From Candidatus Woesearchaeota archaeon (GTDB taxonomy: Archaea; Nanobdellota; Nanobdellia; Woesearchaeales; GW2011-AR4), in the NCBI GenBank assembly GCA_016180235.1, contig JACPBQ010000004.1:175674-239673 (forward strand): a stretch of DNA of 64,000 nucleotides. The letters are read 5' to 3'. The notes under the pieces are model-generated. The model ran no database searches, had not been told where the DNA came from, and saw only the letters and a program-made list of their open reading frames with translations. Below are positions 56,079-64,000 of the stretch, in pieces (the stretch's first letter is position 1; each line of letters starts with the position of its first letter). Both the position numbers and the translations under genes were made by a program.

Positions 56079-57488
56079 TTATTTCGGGTTAAGTATATGT
56101 ATCGCTTTTCCCATAGTCGCTTCTGCAGCTTCCATAAGGCTCTCGCTCAATGTAGGATGCGGATGTATTGTTAGTGACAAATCTTCCAATGTCGCTTTCA
56201 TTTTTATTGCAAGCGATGCCTCGCTTATAAGATCAGATGCTTCTGCCCCGACTATTTCCACTCCAAGTATCCTGCCATCTTTTTCATCAGCTATCACCTT
56301 GACAAACCCTTCTGCCTCTGATTTTGTCATGGCCCTGCTTGACACGGAAAAAGGGAACTTTCCGACTTTTGCCTTTATGCCGTTAGATTCTGCATCTTTC
56401 TCTGACATTCCGACTGTAGCGATTTCCGGATCGGTGAATATGACAGAAGGGACAACAGAGTCCTCGTATCTTTCTTTGCTGCCCGCTATTATCTCTGCTA
56501 CAAATTTTCCCTGGTATGATGCCTTGTGGGCCAGCATGGGGCCAATGGAAACATCGCCTATCGCGTAAATATTTTTGTCATCAGTCATCAGGCTTTCGTT
56601 TACATTTATGAAACCTTGATTGTCCAATTTTACTTTTGTTTTTTCCAGGCCGAGATTTTTTGTGTTTGGATAGCGGCCTACAGCGACAAGAATCTTGTCA
56701 GCTTCTATTGAAAAAGTCCCTTTCTCTTTCGAGCTTGCGATTATTTTGCTGTTTTCTGATTTATCTGCTTTTGTGCTTAAATGTATTTTAACGCCTAATT
56801 TCTCCAATTTTTTATGAACAACATCCACAACGCTTTTGTCGAGTCCCGGAAGCAGCTGGCCTGCCATTTCTATCACTGAAACCCTGCTGCCAAGCTTTGC
56901 ATATACTGTCCCGAGCTCCAACCCTATATAGCCTCCTCCTATCACAACAAGATCTTTTGGGGCTTCTTTGAGATAAAGAGCTTCTGTGGAACTGATTATT
57001 GTTTCATTATCAAATTTTATATTTGGAAGCTCTATTGGTTTAGAGCCTGTCGCTATTATAGCTTTTTCAAAATCAATATAAGAAACATCATTCTCGTTAT
57101 TTATTCTTAATCTGCTTGAAGATTCAAATGCTGCAGTTCCATTTAGGACCCCGACATTATTGCCTTTGCATAATGTCTCAATTCCCCTGTTGAGTTTTTC
57201 TATTATGCCGTCTTTCCATCGCTGCATCTGCTGGAAGTCCATAGAAACATTCTCAGCTTTTATCCCCATGCCAGAGGCATTCTTTATCCTGCTCAGGAAA
57301 TCGGAAGCGTAAATCATTGCTTTGCTGGGTATGCAGCCATAGTTGAGACATATGCCTCCAAGCCTGTCATCTTTTTCAATCAGGACAGTCTTTTTTCCAA
57401 GCTGGGCTGACCTTATAGCGGCAACATAGCCGCCAGGGCCTGCGCCTATTACGACAACATCGGCTTTTACATTGTTATTCTTTCCCAT
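56079..57488 (-). CDS. lpdA: Dihydrolipoyl (lipoamide) dehydrogenase
   Basis: VVVIGAGPGGYVAA, redox disulfide GGICLNYGCIPSKA, second Rossmann VVIGGGYIGLE, C-terminal HPHPTLSE. Confidence 0.9.
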   Translation of the reverse strand: MGKNNNVKADVVVIGAGPGGYVAAIRSAQLGKKTVLIEKDDRLGGICLNYGCIPSKAMIYASDFLSRIKNASGMGIKAENVSMDFQQMQRWKDGIIEKLNRGIETLCKGNNVGVLNGTAAFESSSRLRINNENDVSYIDFEKAIIATGSKPIELPNIKFDNETIISSTEALYLKEAPKDLVVIGGGYIGLELGTVYAKLGSRVSVIEMAGQLLPGLDKSVVDVVHKKLEKLGVKIHLSTKADKSENSKIIASSKEKGTFSIEADKILVAVGRYPNTKNLGLEKTKVKLDNQGFINVNESLMTDDKNIYAIGDVSIGPMLAHKASYQGKFVAEIIAGSKERYEDSVVPSVIFTDPEIATVGMSEKDAESNGIKAKVGKFPFSVSSRAMTKSEAEGFVKVIADEKDGRILGVEIVGAEASDLISEASLAIKMKATLEDLSLTIHPHPTLSESLMEAAEATMGKAIHILNPK

Positions 57489-57639
57489 TTTTGCTGACAA
57501 TCCCGAGTTATTAAAGAATATTAATAAATCTAACGCTTTATTGGCAAAATAGGATACTGTAAAGTTAAGTGTGTTTTGTTCTATATTTGTGAGCTAAGGG
57601 ACTGTGCTTTGTCACTTAATCTTACTTAACCTCCTAGTG

Positions 57640-57737
57640 TCTCTGAGGGTTGCGAAGCCGTGGGAAATGCTTTGCATTTCCGTGGCACCGGACTTCGTCC
57701 GAGTGCAATCCCTCCACTAGTGTGCGGGTACACACAA
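57640..57737. repeat. GC-rich multi-hairpin block including a copy of the GTGYGC-loop-GCRCACAA family
   Basis: GGAAATGC-TTT-GCATTTCC, CGGAC-TTC-GTCCG, GTGTG-CGGGTA-CACAC. CCACTAGTGTGCGGGTACACACAA resembles 36-61 and 81-101. GAGGGTTGC pairs with GCAA(T)CCCTC as an enclosing helix. Confidence 0.55.
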
Positions 57738-57785
57738 ATAGAAAGTTTAAAAAAGGTACTTATTTTGCCCTTGTGATTGGATAAT

Positions 57786-58769
57786 ATGGCTGATACAATG
57801 AGTATGCAAGAACCAAAATCCTGGAAGCCTGACCGGCCGGTCTCAAGGGGCGCGACGGAATTCCACAATGCAGTTATAGACGCTACGTGGAACCACGAAT
57901 GCCTTGACTACCTAATATCTTTAGCAGAGCCAAACATCAAGGAAAATGATATCGTGGTTGATTTTGGCGCAGGAACAGGAACTTCAGCAGCCAGAATCCT
58001 TGAAAAAGTAAAAAAAAGGATAAGATTATGGCTTGTCGACAATTCACCGGCATGGCTGGGAAAAGCCTATGAGACTTTCAGAAAAACGCCGAATGTCAGT
58101 TTTTTTGTCCTGGAGAAAAAAAACGGGGATAATGCCACGCTTTCTGAAACAGTAGGAAAAGAGACTGTGGACAATGTCCTTTCTGCCAATACTGTGCATC
58201 TAATCCCAAACCTGAAAGCAACATTCAAGGGGATTGCCGAAGCATTGAAGCCGAAGGGTATTTTTGTTTTTAACAGCACGAATGTGACCAGAGAAGGCAG
58301 GCCTGACGGGGCCTTGATGCTTGATTCAACTGTCTACAGGGTGCATGACATTGCAATAGACATCATAAGGACCGATCCCAAATACAAAGAATACAGGAAA
58401 GACCTTGACAATAAGATAGTGGAGGAAAACGAGCAAAGGAGCTTCATATTTCCGCAGCCTAAATCAATCAATGATTACCTGAAAACCCTGAAGGAGGCCG
58501 GCTTTGAGTCTATCAAGACCAATTACAAATGCATAAGGGTAAAGTACAATGAATACATCAAGTTCCTGAGAGTAAAGAGGCTGCAGGCCGGAATGCTGCC
58601 TGAAGTTGGGGGAAAGAAGCCAAATCCACAGGAGGAAAAGGACAGAGACGAGCTGATAACGATGGCTTCCTTAAAGCTGTTCAAGGAGCTGGAAGAGACC
58701 AATCCTCTTGCAGACAGCGAGGCCTGGCAATGCGAATGGGCTTATGTTTCAGCTGTGAAACCAGGTTAA
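57786..58769 (+). CDS. Class I SAM-dependent methyltransferase
   Basis: Motif I VVDFGAGTGTSAARIL; post-I LVDNS. Confidence 0.7.
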   Translation: MADTMSMQEPKSWKPDRPVSRGATEFHNAVIDATWNHECLDYLISLAEPNIKENDIVVDFGAGTGTSAARILEKVKKRIRLWLVDNSPAWLGKAYETFRKTPNVSFFVLEKKNGDNATLSETVGKETVDNVLSANTVHLIPNLKATFKGIAEALKPKGIFVFNSTNVTREGRPDGALMLDSTVYRVHDIAIDIIRTDPKYKEYRKDLDNKIVEENEQRSFIFPQPKSINDYLKTLKEAGFESIKTNYKCIRVKYNEYIKFLRVKRLQAGMLPEVGGKKPNPQEEKDRDELITMASLKLFKELEETNPLADSEAWQCEWAYVSAVKPG

Positions 58770-58770
58770 A

Positions 58771-59505
58771 ATGCTAAAAGGAAAAACTGCGCTTATAACA
58801 GGGGCATCAAGGGGCATAGGAGAAGCCATTGCCGTTGAATTTGCGAAAAATAATGCTGATGTCATCATCAATTACTACAGCGACAGGGATGAAGCGCAAA
58901 AGGTTGTTGATAAAATAAAAAAATATGGTGTCAGAGCAATAGCTGTGCAGGCTGATGTCAGCAAGATTGATGAAGTAAAGAAAATGGCTGATGAGATACA
59001 GAAAGAATTCAGGAAAGTGGATATCCTTGTCAATAATGCCGGAATAGCCAAGGACAGGACATTAAAGAACATGACCATGGATGAATGGCATGCCGTGATA
59101 AACACAAACCTCAACGGGATTTTTTACGTGACTAAATCAATATTGCCGTTGATCCCCGAAGGCGGCAGGATAATAAGCATATCCTCGATTGTCGGCCAAT
59201 ACGGAAATTTCGGGCAGACCAATTATGCGGCTGCTAAAGCTGGAATAATAGGATTCACGAAGTCGCTTGCAAAGGAGCTTGGAAAGAAAAAGATAACTGT
59301 GAATGCGATAGCTCCTGGATTTGTCAGGACTGCAATCACGAAAGACATACCTTTCTTCAGGAGAAAAATGCTGAACCACATGATTGCGCTGAAAGAAGAG
59401 GCCGAGCCGGAAGACATAGCTGATGTTGTCGTGTTTTTGGCTTCTGCAAAATCAAGATATATAACCGGCGCAGTCATCAATGTTGACGGCGGCCTAGCTA
59501 TCTAA
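58771..59505 (+). CDS. fabG: 3-oxoacyl-(ACP/CoA) reductase, FabG-type SDR
   Basis: ALITGASRGIGEAIA, NNAGI, YAAAKAG, ITVNAIAPGF. Confidence 0.85.
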   Translation: MLKGKTALITGASRGIGEAIAVEFAKNNADVIINYYSDRDEAQKVVDKIKKYGVRAIAVQADVSKIDEVKKMADEIQKEFRKVDILVNNAGIAKDRTLKNMTMDEWHAVINTNLNGIFYVTKSILPLIPEGGRIISISSIVGQYGNFGQTNYAAAKAGIIGFTKSLAKELGKKKITVNAIAPGFVRTAITKDIPFFRRKMLNHMIALKEEAEPEDIADVVVFLASAKSRYITGAVINVDGGLAI

Positions 59506-59620
59506 AAAGTATAGATTTATAAATAAGCCTTCTTTCCTCAGAGGGAGTTATCTTAAGGTCCTGAGAGCGATTCTTGGGATTTTTTGGATGGCTTAAAAAT
59601 TTGAGAGGTATGAATTAGAT

Positions 59621-59992
59621 ATGGACAGAAATAGAGGATTTAGGGAAAAATTTGCTCCAGTCAAGGTTGGAGACGAGATAGATGTAAAGATAGAGGCTGT
59701 AGGAGAGAAAGGGGACGGCATAGCAAAGAAAGAAGGCTTTGTTTTGTTTGTGCCTAACACAAAAGAAGGCCAGGAAGTAAGGATAAAAGTTACGAGAGTG
59801 CTGAGGAATGTAGGATTTGCCGAGGTTGTTGGAGAGGCAGGAAGCAGCTCGGAACAATCTGAGGAATCTGATTCTGAAGAACGGGAAGAAGGAACTTCTG
59901 ACATGCCTGCAGAGAATAAATCTGAAGAATCCGAAAGCCAGGAAGAAGATACGGAAGATTTTGGCGAAGAGATGGAAGAAGACAAGCAATAA
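59621..59992 (+). CDS. TRAM-domain protein with an acidic tail
   Basis: PVKVGDEIDVKIEAVGEKGDGIAKKEGFVLFVPNTKEGQEVRIKVTRV. Confidence 0.8.
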   Translation: MDRNRGFREKFAPVKVGDEIDVKIEAVGEKGDGIAKKEGFVLFVPNTKEGQEVRIKVTRVLRNVGFAEVVGEAGSSSEQSEESDSEEREEGTSDMPAENKSEESESQEEDTEDFGEEMEEDKQ

Positions 59993-60049
59993 GATAGTTC
60001 TTTTTTTCTTATCATTAATTTTAAATAGTGGTATCCATCGATTTTTATT

Positions 60050-60592
60050 ATGAGGCTTTTTGTAGCTTTTGATGTCCCTCCTGAAATAAAAGAATATATG
60101 GCAGCCATACAGCAGAGGATAGGGAATGACCTGGCTGAAATAAGATGGGTAAATAAAGAGCAGATGCACCTTACGTTGAAATTTTTAGGTGAAGTGCAGC
60201 CCAATAATCTAGAGCTAATAAAAAAAGAATTAAGAGGTGTAAAATTCAAATCTTTTCAATGCTACTTGAGCTCTATAGGGGTTTTTCCGGATGAAGGCCA
60301 TATAAGGATTGTATGGGTTGGCTTAGAGCCTGAAGACAAGATAATAGAACTGCAGCAGCAGGTTGATGATAAGCTCAAAAAACTGTTTACGAAAGAAAAG
60401 GACTTCAAGGCCCATCTTACACTGGGAAGGGTGAAATATGCTGAAAACAGGGAAGGATTTGCGAATAAATTAAAAAAAATCAATGTTGAGAAGAAAAAAT
60501 TTAATGTCGAAAGCTTCAAGCTGATGAAAAGCACACTGGAAATGGAAGGGCCGGTTTATGAAGCGGTTGAGGAATTCAAGGCATCAGTATAA
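60050..60592 (+). CDS. thpR: RNA 2',3'-cyclic phosphodiesterase (2H family, LigT/ThpR)
   Basis: Two H-x-T-x motifs (MHLTLKFLGE and AHLTLGRV); MRLFVAFDVP start. Confidence 0.85.
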   Translation: MRLFVAFDVPPEIKEYMAAIQQRIGNDLAEIRWVNKEQMHLTLKFLGEVQPNNLELIKKELRGVKFKSFQCYLSSIGVFPDEGHIRIVWVGLEPEDKIIELQQQVDDKLKKLFTKEKDFKAHLTLGRVKYAENREGFANKLKKINVEKKKFNVESFKLMKSTLEMEGPVYEAVEEFKASV

Positions 60593-60689
60593 AAAAATTG
60601 ATGTTGTCGGATTTTAAATCCCGTTCGGGGAGATCAGAAATTTTCAAAACTCAGCGAAACCTTTTTAAATAAAACTTATTTCTCATGGC

Positions 60690-60739
60690 TTATTACCGAC
60701 GTGCGCTTCTTTAGCGCACAATACTGCATGAGGTAATAA
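60690..60739 (+). repeat. Nested hairpin upstream of rps2, containing a member of the GTGYGC-loop-GCRCACAA family
   Basis: Outer stem TTATTACC (60690-97) / GGTAATAA (60732-39); inner GTGCGC-TTCTTTA-GCGCAC(AA) at 60701-60721. Confidence 0.5.
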
Positions 60740-60786
60740 AAACTGCAGTTCAGCATTCTGAGCTGTTTTAAGTTTAGGAGGATATT

Positions 60787-61386
60787 ATGACAGAAGAGAA
60801 GTTTTTGGTTCCTACGGATGAGTACCTTAAGTCAGGTATACACATAGGCACAAAGTTCAAGACAAGGTACATGGAGAAATTCATATACAAGACAAGGCCT
60901 GACGGGCTGTCCGTCTTAAATCTGCAGAAGATTGACGAAAGGATAGGCATAGCTGCAAGATTCCTTGCAACATACAATCCTGAAGACATACTGGTTGTTG
61001 GAAGAAGGGAGAGCTCATGGAAGCCAATAACAAAGTTCGGCAAGGTCATTGGAGCAAGAGTGTATGCAGGAAGATATCCTCCCGGAATACTTACAAATCC
61101 GGGCCTGGAGAATTACATAGAGGTAAAAGTTTTGCTGGCCGTGGACATATGGCCTGACAGGAATGCTGTGATTGACTGCCTAAAGATAGGAATACCAATA
61201 ATCGCGATATGCGACACAAACAACCAGTCAAACAACATAGACCTTGTAGTTCCGGGCAATAACAAGGGCAAGAAGAGCCTTGGGCTGTTTTTCTGGATAC
61301 TTTCAAAGGAATACCTCAAGGCAAGAGGCATAATAAAAAGCGACAAGGATTTCAAGGAAAGGCTAGAGGACTTTACGGAAGAATAA
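60787..61386 (+). CDS. rps2: 30S ribosomal protein uS2 (archaeal type)
   Basis: LLKSGIHIGTKFKTRYMEKFIY..RPDGLSVLNLQKIDERI, PIIAICDTNN. GGAGG Shine-Dalgarno sequence. Confidence 0.9.
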   Translation: MTEEKFLVPTDEYLKSGIHIGTKFKTRYMEKFIYKTRPDGLSVLNLQKIDERIGIAARFLATYNPEDILVVGRRESSWKPITKFGKVIGARVYAGRYPPGILTNPGLENYIEVKVLLAVDIWPDRNAVIDCLKIGIPIIAICDTNNQSNNIDLVVPGNNKGKKSLGLFFWILSKEYLKARGIIKSDKDFKERLEDFTEE

Positions 61387-61395
61387 ACCTTTTTT

Positions 61396-62385
61396 TCATA
61401 TTATTTCCAGGAGCTGGCTTATGGCTTTTTTTAGATTCATGCCTTCATAAAGAACCTTGTATGCATGCGCTATCAATGGTGTTTCAATTCCTTTGCTCCT
61501 GCAAAGCATGTAGATGGCTTTGGTGTTTTTAACGCCTTCTGCTACCATCCCGTGCATTTCTTTTTTTATCTGCTCCATGCTTTTACCTTTCGCAAGCATT
61601 TCCCCGACAAACCGGTTCCTGCTGTAATGACTGTAGCAGGTTGCCACAAGGTCGCCAACCCCCGCAAGGCCGTAGCAGGTTTCCCTTTTTGCCCCGAATT
61701 TTCTCGCTATTACACTCATCTCTGAAAGGCCCAATGTCAGGATGCTTGCTTTTGCATTATCCCCAAGCTTTAAGCCATCACAAACTCCTATTGCTATAGC
61801 AACTATATTCTTTACAGCGCCGCATATTTCAACCCCGATAATATCGTCATGGGGATAAGTCTTGAAATAAGGCATATAAAAAAACCTTGAGACCATATGT
61901 GCTGCATCGCTGTTTGCTGATGCTATTACCGTCGCTGTCGGCAGCCTGTTAGAAACTTCTTCGGCGTGATTCGGGCCTGACAATACAACTATTTTTTGGT
62001 TCCTGAGCTCTTCCCCAAGGACCTGGGACATAAGTTTCCCGGAATTTTCCTCTATACCCTTTGTTACATGCACAATAACAGCATCTTTTTTTATGAATTT
62101 TGAAAATGACTTTGCAATGGCCCTCAAAAAACCCGATGGCACTGCAAAAACAACCATGTCAGAATTTTCAGCTGCATCTTTGATTGAATGCGTTGCGATT
62201 ATGCTAGCGGGTATTTTGATGTTTTTTAGGTATTGCCTGTTTTCCCTCTTTTTATTTATCTCATCTGCAAGCTCCTTCCTTCTGGTCCACAAAGAAACCT
62301 TATAGCCTTTTTCCCCGAGCAGTATTGCCAGTGAAGTGCCCCAGCTTCCTGCTCCAATGACACAAATCCTGCTTATTTTTTTCAT
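61396..62385 (-). CDS. gpsA: NAD(P)H-dependent sn-glycerol-3-phosphate dehydrogenase (bacterial GpsA type)
   Basis: ICVIGAGSWGTSLAILL, VVFAVPS, GAVKNIVAIA, GDLVATC. Confidence 0.9.
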   Translation of the reverse strand: MKKISRICVIGAGSWGTSLAILLGEKGYKVSLWTRRKELADEINKKRENRQYLKNIKIPASIIATHSIKDAAENSDMVVFAVPSGFLRAIAKSFSKFIKKDAVIVHVTKGIEENSGKLMSQVLGEELRNQKIVVLSGPNHAEEVSNRLPTATVIASANSDAAHMVSRFFYMPYFKTYPHDDIIGVEICGAVKNIVAIAIGVCDGLKLGDNAKASILTLGLSEMSVIARKFGAKRETCYGLAGVGDLVATCYSHYSRNRFVGEMLAKGKSMEQIKKEMHGMVAEGVKNTKAIYMLCRSKGIETPLIAHAYKVLYEGMNLKKAISQLLEII

Positions 62386-62386
62386 T

Positions 62387-63028
62387 TTAATAATTGTATT
62401 CTTGCCCGGATAATCTTGCTATCTCCTTCATTATTTTTGTTGTTATCTCCTTTAATATTTTTTTGTTTATAGGCTTATTATAATATTTGCCGAAATACAT
62501 GGGCTTTCCGAAACTTAAATCTGCTTTTTTCAGCCTAGGTATCTTTTTTCCTTTTGGCAATATCTCAAATGCGCCCTTTATTCCAAGCGGGACAACAGGG
62601 ACTCTGGCCCATAAAGCCAATCTTGACACTCCAGTCTTCCCTTTCTGTATTTTTCCTGTCAGGCTCCTTGTGCCTTCAGGATAGATGACTATGACTGCGC
62701 CTTTCCTAAGGTATGAGACTGCTGCTTTTATGGCCTCTTCGCCTTTTTCCCGGTCAATAGGTATATAGGTAGTGTACTTTTCCCAAAGGCTGTGCCAGCT
62801 GCTCTGTGCAATGCTTTGAAAATGCTCTTTTTTTGCTATGAAATGCAGCTTTTTGCTTAGATGCGGGATAATAACTGCTCCTATTAGGAAATGCTCCATA
62901 TAGCTGCAGTGATTCGGGGCAAGTATGAAAGGTCTATTGGTGGGCAGATTCTCAATGCCATTAACTTTTCTTATCCATAATTTCAAAACAGGAGAGAAAA
63001 TATACCTTGCTACCTGAAACGGCCTCAT
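62387..63028 (-). CDS. plsC: Lysophospholipid (1-acyl-sn-glycerol-3-phosphate) acyltransferase family
   Basis: APNHCSYMEH (HX4D-like, with E in place of D), IYPEGTRS, VPVVPLGI. Confidence 0.75.
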   Translation of the reverse strand: MRPFQVARYIFSPVLKLWIRKVNGIENLPTNRPFILAPNHCSYMEHFLIGAVIIPHLSKKLHFIAKKEHFQSIAQSSWHSLWEKYTTYIPIDREKGEEAIKAAVSYLRKGAVIVIYPEGTRSLTGKIQKGKTGVSRLALWARVPVVPLGIKGAFEILPKGKKIPRLKKADLSFGKPMYFGKYYNKPINKKILKEITTKIMKEIARLSGQEYNY

Positions 63029-63663
63029 GGGTTGTACCTCTGGCCGGATAATTTCGCTATTTCCTTCATAAGCTTTTCTGTCATTGACTCAAGGCCTTTT
63101 CTTGTGGCTTTTGCCTTAGCAAAAAACATCGGCTTTCCGAAACTCAGCCTGATCGCTTTTTTTATTTTTGGGAGGGATTTTCCTGAAGGCATAAGCTGGT
63201 AAGCTCCTTGAATGCCTACAGGTATTATCGGAGCTCCTGAAAGCAGTGCCAGCCTTACAGCGCCGGTCTTGCCTTTCCTTATCTTTCCATCACGGCTTCT
63301 TCCACCTTCAGGATATATTCCTATGACTTCATTGTTATCAAGAGCTTTGAGGGCTTCGCTGAATGCTTTTTCAGGAGATTTCCTGTCAATTATTATTACA
63401 CTGCTTTCCCTGGTTTCCAGCAACAAGATTCCGAGCTTAAAAATCCTGTCCTGCAATAATTCTTTCTTGGCTATGAACCTTATGTACCTTGATTTTTTTA
63501 CTATCAATGATGAATACATCGCGGCAATGTCCATATAGCTTGAATGGTTTGCTGCAAGTATAAAGCCTTTTTCAGAGGGTATGTTCTGGATGCCACTTAT
63601 TTGCCTGAGAAAAAGCCCGCAGGCTATAAAAGAAAACAACCTGTTTAAAAAATATTTAAGCAT
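63025..63663 (-). CDS. plsC: Lysophospholipid acyltransferase family, tandem paralogue
   Basis: AANHSSYMDI (HX4D), IYPEGGRS, APIIPVGI. Overlaps the downstream paralogue by 4 nt. Confidence 0.8.
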   Translation of the reverse strand: MLKYFLNRLFSFIACGLFLRQISGIQNIPSEKGFILAANHSSYMDIAAMYSSLIVKKSRYIRFIAKKELLQDRIFKLGILLLETRESSVIIIDRKSPEKAFSEALKALDNNEVIGIYPEGGRSRDGKIRKGKTGAVRLALLSGAPIIPVGIQGAYQLMPSGKSLPKIKKAIRLSFGKPMFFAKAKATRKGLESMTEKLMKEIAKLSGQRYNP

Positions 63664-63708
63664 GAATAAGCTTATTCATGCATATTTAAAAAAGTATTGA
63701 GAAAAGGG

Positions 63709-64000
63709 TTAGATGTCCTTTAATCCTGAGACTTCAACATAGAAGCTTGCTTCCTTAGATGCGGAATCATTTGATTTTTCCCAGTCATAGATATTAGAAT
63801 GTGATGTGCCTAATATTTTTGCTATTTCCCTATGTTTTAAACCCTGCCTTAGCATATCTAATGCTTTTTGCTTAAATTCTCCTGAATATCGTCTCAAACC
63901 TTTACGCTTGTAAGATTCCAAAGCCTTCTTAAGTGAATAGACTTTCCTGTCGATTACAAAACCAATGCTATTGTCAAATAATTTTAAAGAATTATAATTT
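63709..64000 (-). CDS. HTH-domain protein (transposase/resolvase-type N-terminal HTH); N-terminus runs off the window
   Basis: GLKHREIAKILGTSHSNIYDWEK. The reading frame stays open upstream of the track start (63921) to the window edge. Confidence 0.45.
   Translation of the reverse strand, partial: NYNSLKLFDNSIGFVIDRKVYSLKKALESYKRKGLRRYSGEFKQKALDMLRQGLKHREIAKILGTSHSNIYDWEKSNDSASKEASFYVEVSGLKDI

Noticed and set aside
57626-57868. Track ORF 57626..57868 (-) in the lpdA-methyltransferase spacer
   Set aside because: It overlaps the multi-hairpin GC-rich block and the 5' end of the methyltransferase gene. The product is Gly/Pro/Ser/Cys-rich, unlike the local proteome.

Overview
This is a 64-kb, AT-rich, very gene-dense fragment that reads as an archaeal chromosome, probably from a small-genome DPANN-type lineage. 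That assignment is an inference from gene content: aIF5B, PCNA, TFS, aEF-1beta with its Zn-ribbon partner, Trm1, Taw1, class-I CCA-adding enzyme, archaeal riboflavin synthase plus CTP-dependent riboflavin kinase, NIP7/NMD3/DRG homologues, archaeal uS2, a tRNA with two introns, and TATA-box/leaderless gene starts. I see about 75 protein genes on both strands, one tRNA and one IS200/IS605-type element. I see no rRNA and no CRISPR array. Main observations: (1) At 4.0-9.7 kb there is an island of three large orphan ORFs. Two carry RelA/SpoT-type hydrolase (HDxxED) and synthetase (ELQIRS...AAHSKYK) motifs, and the third is a GlnD-like nucleotidyltransferase. This is my best candidate for an undescribed nucleotide-signalling or toxin-antitoxin-like system. 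(2) A ~40-nt conserved promoter module is shared by those ORFs and by an MraZ/AbrB-like gene at 30 kb. (3) At 51-64 kb there is a neighbourhood of bacterial-type fatty-acid and glycerol-3-phosphate ester-lipid genes (FabZ, FabG, thiolase/DUF35, crotonase, GpsA, two PlsC) embedded among archaeal housekeeping genes. (4) Two thiolase paralogues carry frame-breaking deletions and near-identical gene-conversion tracts. (5) A tRNA-Leu(CAA) has a canonical intron and a second intron in the T-loop. (6) Several families of short intergenic hairpin and dispersed repeats occur, together with a Y1 (HUH) transposase. All functional calls rest on motif recognition by eye. No database search or folding program was run.
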